Positions 9,183-17,397 of a stretch of 37,902 nt of DNA are shown piece by piece. Source of the DNA: Fibrobacteria bacterium. Its GTDB lineage: Bacteria > Fibrobacterota > Fibrobacteria > UBA11236. The position numbers were made by a program, and so were the translations under genes. The notes beneath the pieces were generated by a model that searched no databases, was not told the DNA's origin, and worked only from the letters and a program-made list of their open reading frames with translations. Each line of letters begins with the position of its first letter. Within the stretch, counting starts at the first letter, position 1. The stretch is from assembly GCA_041746255.1 (NCBI GenBank), contig JBGTHM010000011.1, positions 1 through 37,902 of the forward strand. Direction: 5' to 3'.

Positions 9183-11210
9183 TTATTCTCGTGGGTTTTT
9201 TCCGTTAATTTCCTGGAGGCCCTGAGCGCCCATCCACTCACCCTGAAGCGAATAAAAGCCGGTAGGTTTATCCGGGTGATTCGTTAATTGCATAACCATG
9301 CCCGAAGAAGTGCGAATTTTTTTGACCCGGGGCGAGAGAGAAGAGTAGGCTTGAGATGATTGATCCCTCGCAATATTTACAGTCTTTACAGTCGCTACCT
9401 TTCCGTTGTGAAACAAGGATGCCTTCGGAATCGGTTCGGCCGAAGAATTTTGCCCAGGAATTTTCCATAAAACGTGAAAATCCCCTTTCATGGAACCGTA
9501 GTCTTCGTGTAAATTCATTGCTCTGTAGTTGCCGTTATTGACAACGACGAACAAAGGATGCTTTCCGGCTTTTAAACCAATAGGATACCCTACATCCTTC
9601 CAAAACATACGCCCACGATTGTCCCTTAAAAAATTTTCGACCAACTTGGTATTACCGATATAGAGCGCCGATTGATTTTCGGTTCTAAGATAAAAAGTAT
9701 AGATCCCGTCTTTCTCAACATTAAGATACCCCGAGAATCTCAACCCATATTGTATATCCCCCCCGGCCACTTCAAAATTAAAATACGGCGTGACGCCGGA
9801 ACGGGTACCCAATGATCCCGAATTTCCCGGATTCTTTGCAAAAATATCCGGAGCATACTCATAAAAAAGCCCGGGCTGCAATTCCTTCGGCGCCTCATAT
9901 GTTATCAGAGGCTTCACAACGAGCAGGTATTTCTGTTCGACCAATCCACCTCCGTTGTCCTCGGCCCTGAGCGTAAATTCATAGGATCCGGGAGTGGCAT
10001 TGACTTGCCCGACCAAGATGCCCGGATTCTGGATGGAAATATTTCCAGGTAAGCTTCCCGCAGCAACAGACCAAGCTTTTATGGATCCCCCTCCATAAGT
10101 TTTCAGGGGTGCGGAGTAATTCAAACCGGTATAGGTTTCAGGCAATCGCCAACCATAAACTTTTGGGGGAATTTTCACATCCATCTCGCCCTTCAGTAAA
10201 GTCCCGAGGCCCCATTGACGACTAATCATGTCCGGCCTCAAGCGTTCGACGATACTACGAGAATACGTCATTTCCATCTTGAGGCGATTATGGTAGTGGT
10301 TATAGGCCATCTCCCACCCGCTGGCAATCGGAGAATTGCTTTTATATCCACCGGATTTATTCTTTAAGGGTTCGCCTATGTATTCATGGCTTCGGGCAAG
10401 CCTACTGTCCAGAATACTATACAGATCTATTCCCTGCGTCCAGCCAATTTCCGCCGCTTGCACCAAAGAACCCAGACCCATTTGAGTGTGCTGCAGATCG
10501 CGCATTAACTCCAAAGGCCGGCCATTTTCAAAGGGAATATTCACGGGCAGGTATAATCGGTACCTTTCCACCGCCAGATTAAACATGTCAAGATCATCCT
10601 TGAATATGGCAACTGTCATTAGGGATTCGGTTATGGTGGACATCCAATTATTTTCATGATCTACTCTGGAAAGTAAAGTGGGTAAAAATACCCTGTCCGT
10701 CATTTCCAAAAACCGCTTCTCCACCGCCATATCATAATCCGGGTACGTATATTTGATTATTTCCGCTCCCCGGAAAAAGGGCGCCGCGCACCAGCCTATG
10801 ACCAAATCCTTGTTATCGCCCGTCACTTGGGTTAGGACCTTGGCCCATGCATCCATGATTTTCAGTACGTTCTCAGCATAAACCTTTTCTCGGGTAATAA
10901 ACCACAACAAGGACTGGGCCCAGGCTGCGTTCGCATCTCCCTCTAACTCCGCACCACCATCATCAGGGTTGTTGTTATATCCAATATTCAGCCTGGCCTG
11001 CGCACGGGGAGCATAGTTTTTGTTCGAAAGGGAGGAGGCGATCAGCCTATCATAGGCCATCTTTTGAGGTTGCGTATTTGCTAAAACTCTTTCCCTGATT
11101 TTGTTTAAATCCTCTAGATTAATCAAATGCCCCGGATGTACAAAGTTAGCAGCCGCAATTGAACTTGTTGTAGATAAAAAAGCCAATAAGAACCTAATCA
11201 ATACCGACAT
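9183..11210 (-). CDS. secreted alginate-lyase-domain protein with Ig-like and PA14-like domains
   Basis: Signal peptide. FVHPG start, ENNW, ELMRDLQHTQMG, WEMAYNHYHNR. Ig-like WSVAAGSLP…G-x-YEFTLRAED. PA14-like FSGYLNVEKDGIYTFYL…IGLKAGKHP. FYSLQG tail. Confidence 0.8.
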   Translation of the reverse strand: MSVLIRFLLAFLSTTSSIAAANFVHPGHLINLEDLNKIRERVLANTQPQKMAYDRLIASSLSNKNYAPRAQARLNIGYNNNPDDGGAELEGDANAAWAQSLLWFITREKVYAENVLKIMDAWAKVLTQVTGDNKDLVIGWCAAPFFRGAEIIKYTYPDYDMAVEKRFLEMTDRVFLPTLLSRVDHENNWMSTITESLMTVAIFKDDLDMFNLAVERYRLYLPVNIPFENGRPLELMRDLQHTQMGLGSLVQAAEIGWTQGIDLYSILDSRLARSHEYIGEPLKNKSGGYKSNSPIASGWEMAYNHYHNRLKMEMTYSRSIVERLRPDMISRQWGLGTLLKGEMDVKIPPKVYGWRLPETYTGLNYSAPLKTYGGGSIKAWSVAAGSLPGNISIQNPGILVGQVNATPGSYEFTLRAEDNGGGLVEQKYLLVVKPLITYEAPKELQPGLFYEYAPDIFAKNPGNSGSLGTRSGVTPYFNFEVAGGDIQYGLRFSGYLNVEKDGIYTFYLRTENQSALYIGNTKLVENFLRDNRGRMFWKDVGYPIGLKAGKHPLFVVVNNGNYRAMNLHEDYGSMKGDFHVLWKIPGQNSSAEPIPKASLFHNGKVATVKTVNIARDQSSQAYSSLSPRVKKIRTSSGMVMQLTNHPDKPTGFYSLQGEWMGAQGLQEINGKNPRE

Positions 11211-11336
11211 GCATCCTCTTTCTATGGCTATTCGGTCGTTCGGGAATTCCGCAATCCGTGAAATTCATTGCACGACATTAATTTTGGTTTAACCTATGGC
11301 GGGGACGGATTTCTGGCCATAGACCCGGATGCAAAT

Positions 11337-11358
11337 GTGGTGAAATTTACTTCACCAC
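11337..11358. promoter_or_regulatory. palindromic operator copy 1 (GTGGTGAA-ATTTAC-TTCACCAC)
   Basis: Perfect 8-bp inverted repeat with a 6-bp spacer, upstream of the lyase cassette and overlapping the GH20 stop codon. Confidence 0.7.
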
Positions 11359-13208
11359 CATTTGATGGTATTGCGGCTGGCCAGTGCGGAATAGTGGAGC
11401 ATGTACTCTGGCCACACGGAGGGGTGGTAATCGGGATTGCGGGATTGGTGGAACATGGAATAATGTTTGAACTCAAATTCCTCAAGGCGGGGTAAGGCAC
11501 CACTCAGATGCTCCCCCACGATGTGAGCGAGGTAATCCAGCCTGGCTGCCACGGCGCCCATCCTGCCCTCGATGACTTCTAATCCGAACGGGCTGCGTTC
11601 CTTCAGCCAGTATTCACGGTAAAGCTTGCGCGTTTTGGCCAGTTTCCGCGACGCGGAAGCGATTTCTTCCAATTGCCGCTTCATGGCTTTTTTATCCTTT
11701 TTCCGATATGCGGCGACGAGGTTTCGACGTAAATCGCTTTTCACGGAGAGGAAATCGCAGAAACTTTCCGCAAAACGGAACAAGGGTTGAAAGGGGCTTT
11801 GGGCACGGCTATGCACGGCCATTTCCTTGGCGAGCTCCCGGTAGAATCCTGCGGCGGGACGTACCTTGGACGCGCCGCTGAAAAGACCTTGCGCCGGATC
11901 CTCATAGAAAAAGCATTTCCCCACGTTGTAGGGGAGTAGGGATTCCACCTTGTAGCCTGCCGTATCGATTTTCTCGACCGACCGAACGGCGTCGTAATCG
12001 AATTGAAAAACGGCAGCGAACTTTCGTTTTGCATGAGACAACACTTCGCTCACTTCCGTGCATTGCGCCAAAAAATAGGTGTGTGCAGGCAGGTTATAGT
12101 CGAAAAAACATTCGTGGCCGTCGTCGCCCCAATGCGTGTTGAGGGCGGACCGGACCCCGTTCCGCTTGCCCGATTCGAGCAAAGTGCTGATATTGGATTC
12201 GGCCTTATAATAGGCCGGGAAGAAACGAGACCAGCACCAGACTCCGGGAGATACCATAGGATCATACCCCATGTTTTTGAAATCAGCGAGATCCCGGCTG
12301 TATTTTTCGACATCGCAATATGCGTACTCCCAGTAGTTCATGGCGACGTCCTTGGGTAACCTACGCGCCTCCTCTCCCTGCATACGCGCCTCGCAGGTGG
12401 TGCCCAAAACGATATCGCCCCACATGATGGGTTTAAGCCCCTTCTTTCGGCAAATTTCCGTCACCTTGCGGACATGATCCACGTAAAGCTTGCGGGGATT
12501 GATTCCCTCCATTTCTTTGAACGCCAGGCCCCGGCCCAAACCGAAAGTTTCGTCCATCCCGACATGGATAAGATCCGTGTCATAGGGCGCCCTGGCGGCG
12601 TCGATGGTTTTTTCGATGAAATCGTACAAGCCATCGGCGTACACGTTGTAGACGGCATCGTTATCCTTGAGCGGAGTATAGTGGGGATACTTGAGAATGT
12701 GCTCCATATGCCCCAGGGTCTGGATGCAGGGAAACAGGGTCACTCCAAAAATTCTGCCGTATTTCACCAGATCCCGAATTTCCGCGGAGGAATAACGACC
12801 GCGGGCGTATCCAAAAAGCGGCTCACCCGGTACCGTGAAGGTGTCTTCGGTATAGAGGCAAAACCGGTTTAACCCCATCAACGCCAGTTTGGCGATTCTC
12901 TCCTTAAGGAAATCGGTCCGTACCACCGCGTTGCGGCTCACATCCAACATAATGCCGCGAAACCGATAGGGCGGAATTTTTGATTGACGAGCCGCGAGCC
13001 CATAAGTCATCAGCTCTCCCAAGGCCATGACTAGATCGTCGGTATCGGAATGGGTGATGAGAATTTCATCCTTCGCGAGGGAGATGGAATAACCTTCGTT
13101 CCCTCCGCGTTTCCATCGGCAAATCGTTCCGCTCCTTAATGAGAAGGAATCCGGAAACAGACGGGTCAATTCGCGGCCGAGCGGGCATTCGGTAAGTTTG
13201 AGTTTCAT
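11352..13208 (-). CDS. GH20 beta-N-acetylhexosaminidase, no signal peptide
   Basis: RGIMLDVSR, LYTED, PCIQTLGHME, catalytic IHVGMDET, MWGD, THWGDDG. Starts 1 nt after the upstream stop. Confidence 0.9.
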   Translation of the reverse strand: MKLKLTECPLGRELTRLFPDSFSLRSGTICRWKRGGNEGYSISLAKDEILITHSDTDDLVMALGELMTYGLAARQSKIPPYRFRGIMLDVSRNAVVRTDFLKERIAKLALMGLNRFCLYTEDTFTVPGEPLFGYARGRYSSAEIRDLVKYGRIFGVTLFPCIQTLGHMEHILKYPHYTPLKDNDAVYNVYADGLYDFIEKTIDAARAPYDTDLIHVGMDETFGLGRGLAFKEMEGINPRKLYVDHVRKVTEICRKKGLKPIMWGDIVLGTTCEARMQGEEARRLPKDVAMNYWEYAYCDVEKYSRDLADFKNMGYDPMVSPGVWCWSRFFPAYYKAESNISTLLESGKRNGVRSALNTHWGDDGHECFFDYNLPAHTYFLAQCTEVSEVLSHAKRKFAAVFQFDYDAVRSVEKIDTAGYKVESLLPYNVGKCFFYEDPAQGLFSGASKVRPAAGFYRELAKEMAVHSRAQSPFQPLFRFAESFCDFLSVKSDLRRNLVAAYRKKDKKAMKRQLEEIASASRKLAKTRKLYREYWLKERSPFGLEVIEGRMGAVAARLDYLAHIVGEHLSGALPRLEEFEFKHYSMFHQSRNPDYHPSVWPEYMLHYSALASRNTIKWW

Positions 13209-13209
13209 A

Positions 13210-15300
13210 TTAAAAGGTTACCGTCAGAAACAGACTGGACAGGTTTTGGGAAAACCGCGTTCCGGTTACGGATTCGTCTAAGTCGAGTACGCCATATTCC
13301 GCGGTCACATAGGCGCCGTGGGTAAGCTTAATTTCCAGCCCCACGGACCATTGGGATTGAACCAGGTCGAGTTCATCGAAGGTGCGGGAGCCTGCGTCCC
13401 GGGCGGTTTCCCGATAAGGATTCGAAGCGATTTGTTGGTACCCGGCCGATAGGATCAGGTTATTCGAAACGCCGACCTGAACGCCGGCATTTACCATGGC
13501 GGATTGGAAATCCTGTTGGGAGACGGATATTCCCTTGTCCGTAAAAGCGGGTTGGTTGCGTCCTTCCCGAATATAGCTGCCGGAAAGCGCCAGAGGTCGG
13601 GAAAGTTTCAAAAATTCTCCGGCCTGGACGCTTAGGCCGCCGCCCAGACGCCCGTAGGTGGCGATGCTCGTGATCAAGGTATCCATGTCCCGGCCTTCCA
13701 GTTCTTGCAAACCGGCATACAGTCCGCGCACCTCGATTTTGCTTTCTAAAAACGAAGCTTCCAAATCCAAGGTCAAGCCGGAGCGGTTCGGGGTGGCAGG
13801 ACCGTAGGGAAGCAGCAATTGGACATGCGGATCCAGGGCTCCCGCCAGAGATTCCCTTTCCAATTTAGTGAGAGTCGAGCGGGTGTAGGAATTTTTGAAG
13901 GTGGGAGCCCGGTACCAATTGTTGGTGCCGTTATACTGGTACGCGGCTCCCTGGCCCCAGAATTCCGAGGTATTGATATTTGTGATGGGATCCACGTTGT
14001 ACACATGGTGATACAGGGCATCGAAGGTGCTGTAGCCGCCTATGCCCTCGACACCATTTTTGGAATTAAGGACACGCCCGCCTATGAAGGCGGGGGATTG
14101 GGCAAGGTCATTGACGAAGTCATTTCCATTTCTGAGAAAACCCACCTTGAGGCCGACAGCGAAAAGCGATTCACCCGACGTATATCCGGCTTCGAGTCCG
14201 GCATTTAAAGCATTTCCATCCAGAGCTTGCAACTCTATCAGCTTGGGGCCGGTGAGAGGCCGGGAAATGGGGGTCCACATGCCCGATTGCGGGTTAAGAG
14301 TGGAGTCGGGGTAGTATCCCAAGGTATCGAGACCTTCCCGGCTCCGGCGATAGTTGGAAAAAGCGACTTCCAGGCCGAGTTTCAGGGTCAGATTCCGGCT
14401 TGCGAGCAAATGTTCACCATCAAAATTTAAATTAATCGCGTTTACCAAAACATTTTCATACAGGACTTGAGGAAGTACCCCTTTTGATGAGGTAAAATGG
14501 ACGTTACTTCGGGCCCGACTGCTTCCGATATCGTCCACGGCCCGGACATGAGTACCTCCGATTTCGAGCGCTTCGAAAGCCCGCAACTTGAGGAAGGTTC
14601 CCCCCATGAATTTTTCCGTGGGTCCGGTGTTGAAAAGCCACCCTAAGCCTACCCCGGGATCGGCGCTTCGCAATCTGCCTCCGGTAAGGCCTGCTTCGAA
14701 CCCCAGGACTTCGCCCAGGCCTTGGCGGTATACGGCGTTCAAGCCCTGGATGGGACGGCGGTTATCGGCCAGGAACCATTCGTCCATGGCGTTTTGGCGA
14801 CGGCGGGCGAATATTTCCGGTTCGTACAAGAGTTCCGGTTCGGGAGAGTAAATGGTAAGGGGTGAGTATTTTTGCAATACATCGCCGATGGCGAATTCGA
14901 CCTTTCCATCAATAATAGATCCACCGTAGTCGAACCAACGGGTGCTAATGGGATTGGGACCTTCCGGGTAATGATTTTGCCAATCCTGGTGCACGCGAAA
15001 ATACACTCGTCCGCGCGTGTGGGCGCTCGGTCTCGCAATCAAGCCGATATCGGCCTGGGTGAATGCCGCGTTCTCGCCGACGGGGTGTTCGGGGTTAGCG
15101 CTTTCGCCGGAAAGCGCGGAGCGAAGGAATTCAGACTTGGCCTTGCCCGTGAGGCTGACGCCGATCTCCTCATCCTCCAGTTTGCGGAGGGTATCCTGGG
15201 ATATTCCCGGAATCGGGTGGGACGGCTGCGACCATGCTCCCATGGTGAGGGCCAATAATACGATGGCCGTCGCGCCCGCCATCCTATGCTGCTTAAACAC
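13210..15300 (-). CDS. putative outer-membrane beta-barrel protein (paralog 3)
   Basis: Signal peptide, alternating amphipathic strands, terminal Phe (LFLTVTF). Full-length similarity to the upstream gene. Confidence 0.7.
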   Translation of the reverse strand: MFKQHRMAGATAIVLLALTMGAWSQPSHPIPGISQDTLRKLEDEEIGVSLTGKAKSEFLRSALSGESANPEHPVGENAAFTQADIGLIARPSAHTRGRVYFRVHQDWQNHYPEGPNPISTRWFDYGGSIIDGKVEFAIGDVLQKYSPLTIYSPEPELLYEPEIFARRRQNAMDEWFLADNRRPIQGLNAVYRQGLGEVLGFEAGLTGGRLRSADPGVGLGWLFNTGPTEKFMGGTFLKLRAFEALEIGGTHVRAVDDIGSSRARSNVHFTSSKGVLPQVLYENVLVNAINLNFDGEHLLASRNLTLKLGLEVAFSNYRRSREGLDTLGYYPDSTLNPQSGMWTPISRPLTGPKLIELQALDGNALNAGLEAGYTSGESLFAVGLKVGFLRNGNDFVNDLAQSPAFIGGRVLNSKNGVEGIGGYSTFDALYHHVYNVDPITNINTSEFWGQGAAYQYNGTNNWYRAPTFKNSYTRSTLTKLERESLAGALDPHVQLLLPYGPATPNRSGLTLDLEASFLESKIEVRGLYAGLQELEGRDMDTLITSIATYGRLGGGLSVQAGEFLKLSRPLALSGSYIREGRNQPAFTDKGISVSQQDFQSAMVNAGVQVGVSNNLILSAGYQQIASNPYRETARDAGSRTFDELDLVQSQWSVGLEIKLTHGAYVTAEYGVLDLDESVTGTRFSQNLSSLFLTVTF

Positions 15301-15318
15301 CGGTATATCCCTTTCTGC

Positions 15319-17397
15319 CTAGAACTTTACGTTGATGACCAACTGGGTCAACAACTGCGAAAAGTCCGTCCGGCGATTCTTGGCCGGATCCGCATTTGTT
15401 TCCGCTCCGGTTTGGGCGCTGCCCAGATGAGTGGTAGTCCGTTCCACGTCGATCATGCCTCCCGAGACTACCAAGTAGGCGTTTTCGCCTAAAGCATATT
15501 CCAATCCCCCGCGGTAATGCCTCTGGGTTTCAGCCCTGGAATATTGATGAACGACTTGTTGGGCCGGGACGGAGGTTTCCTGGTTCCGCAGGGTGGATTC
15601 CAGGGTCGCTTGCTGTACACCTCCCAGCAAAGCCCATTTGCGGAAAAACCGGTAATAGCATCCCGCCATCAAAAAATCAGCGGTCACGTCCGGCGACCCC
15701 AGGTCGGTTCCGATGCTACCGCGCGTGGATTGGTTTCGCGCGTAACTGGCGGAAACATCCAAGGGCAGGTTCAATCCCAAAGATTTATCCAATTCCAACT
15801 TCAAGCCTGCGCCGATTTGGGTGAAGGAAGCGAGAGTCGGTATGCCGTCAATCGGATTTCCTTCGATTTCCTCCAGCTTCACTGCATCCATGGAGGCATG
15901 CAAGGTGCTGGCCCAGTGGCCGCGAATCCGAGCCTTGAAGCCGGCCCGGTCAGGAGTCGCCAATCCGAAGGGAAGGGCGAGTTGCAAGACCGGATCGAGA
16001 TGAACGCGGGATAAATCTTCGGGCGAGAGTACGGCCCGGTTATACGAGGTTTTGGTGAATGGGGCATGCTGGTTCGAGGCCGTCCTGCGTGAAGGACTGA
16101 ATTTGTATACACCGTTGTTCAGGGCATCCAGAGTGGAATAAAGTTGGCTGGTAGCGAAATCGTTTTCGGTATTCAGAACGCGCTCGCCGATAAAGGTGGG
16201 GCTTTGGGCCATGGGATTGAGAAAGGACGCGTCGTTGCGGAGATAATGAGCCGTTAGGAATATCCCGTAAGCTCCATCCCGTGGTTGGTAACCGGCGCCC
16301 AGCTCCAGATTGAGGGCGGTGCCGTCCTTTCCGGGAGCCGTCGCCTCGATCTCGACATTCCTGGGAATTCCATCCACACTTTCTTTTTTGAATCGCCAGG
16401 CATAGCGGTTAAATTCGCCAGAAGTTGCGAACTCGCCCAGGATCTCCAATGTTACCTCGGAAACTCCCAGGAACCCGGCGATATCCGCACCTCCATGTCC
16501 GCCGAATATCCGTAAATCCCGGGCGATGACCGAATCCATCCCATTCAGGGAACGACCGTCATGAACGCCGTCGGGATAGACAGAATTATAAACCACGGGT
16601 CCATAGGGAATGAGTTCATAACTGTCCCTGTCGTCGAAAATCGATAGGAAGGAGCCGCCCAACAGGAGGTTGTCCCGCACCAGGATTTGCGAGTTCAAGG
16701 CCAAAAAGAAGCGATCCATGTCGGACCGGGAAAGGCCATACCCATGGCGTCCGTCCGGGTCCAGGAACTCGGCCCTGCGCAAACGCGATCCGATGGCGTC
16801 GGCGCGGAATTCGCTGACGGGTAAGTCGAAGCGTTTGGCCATGTTGAAGTTCAGACCTTGGAGCACCCGGTTGTTGCCGCCCAGAAACTGTTCCTCCATC
16901 AATTCCGCGCGCGGGCGGGAGAATATGAGGGGTTCATAAATCAGGTCGAGCTCCGGAGCCCAGAGGGTCAGGGGCGTGTATTTCTGCTTGAAATCGCCGG
17001 CATTGAAGCCGAGGGTATTCGCCAGGTTACCGTCCACACTGAGCCAGCGGGAGGCGAGAATGCGGCTGCGGGTGGAAAAAAAGGTTTGCCAATCCTGATA
17101 AAACCGGAATTGCGCACGCGCGCCAAGGAAATCGTAAGGGCGGTAATGCATGTCCAAATCGAAGGAGGTGAACTGGGTAGTCTCGTTGGCGTAATTGGTG
17201 TCTATTCGGGCCGATCCGGACAGGCCGGAGTTCAGGTATTCGGCATTGATTTCGCCGCCGATCTCGATCCCGTTCTTGGAAAGCACGTTTTCATATGCGT
17301 CCTCCAGGCGGTTTGGCAAGGGGAAGGCGTCGCCTGGAAAGGCGAGTTGTCCAACGAGAATCACTAGTGCCGTAACTGTGATTTTATTCAAAACCAT
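15319..17397 (-). CDS. putative outer-membrane beta-barrel protein (paralog 2)
   Basis: Signal peptide from the ATG at 17397, which overlaps the upstream gene. Amphipathic strands and terminal Phe (LVINVKF). Confidence 0.7.
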   Translation of the reverse strand: MVLNKITVTALVILVGQLAFPGDAFPLPNRLEDAYENVLSKNGIEIGGEINAEYLNSGLSGSARIDTNYANETTQFTSFDLDMHYRPYDFLGARAQFRFYQDWQTFFSTRSRILASRWLSVDGNLANTLGFNAGDFKQKYTPLTLWAPELDLIYEPLIFSRPRAELMEEQFLGGNNRVLQGLNFNMAKRFDLPVSEFRADAIGSRLRRAEFLDPDGRHGYGLSRSDMDRFFLALNSQILVRDNLLLGGSFLSIFDDRDSYELIPYGPVVYNSVYPDGVHDGRSLNGMDSVIARDLRIFGGHGGADIAGFLGVSEVTLEILGEFATSGEFNRYAWRFKKESVDGIPRNVEIEATAPGKDGTALNLELGAGYQPRDGAYGIFLTAHYLRNDASFLNPMAQSPTFIGERVLNTENDFATSQLYSTLDALNNGVYKFSPSRRTASNQHAPFTKTSYNRAVLSPEDLSRVHLDPVLQLALPFGLATPDRAGFKARIRGHWASTLHASMDAVKLEEIEGNPIDGIPTLASFTQIGAGLKLELDKSLGLNLPLDVSASYARNQSTRGSIGTDLGSPDVTADFLMAGCYYRFFRKWALLGGVQQATLESTLRNQETSVPAQQVVHQYSRAETQRHYRGGLEYALGENAYLVVSGGMIDVERTTTHLGSAQTGAETNADPAKNRRTDFSQLLTQLVINVKF

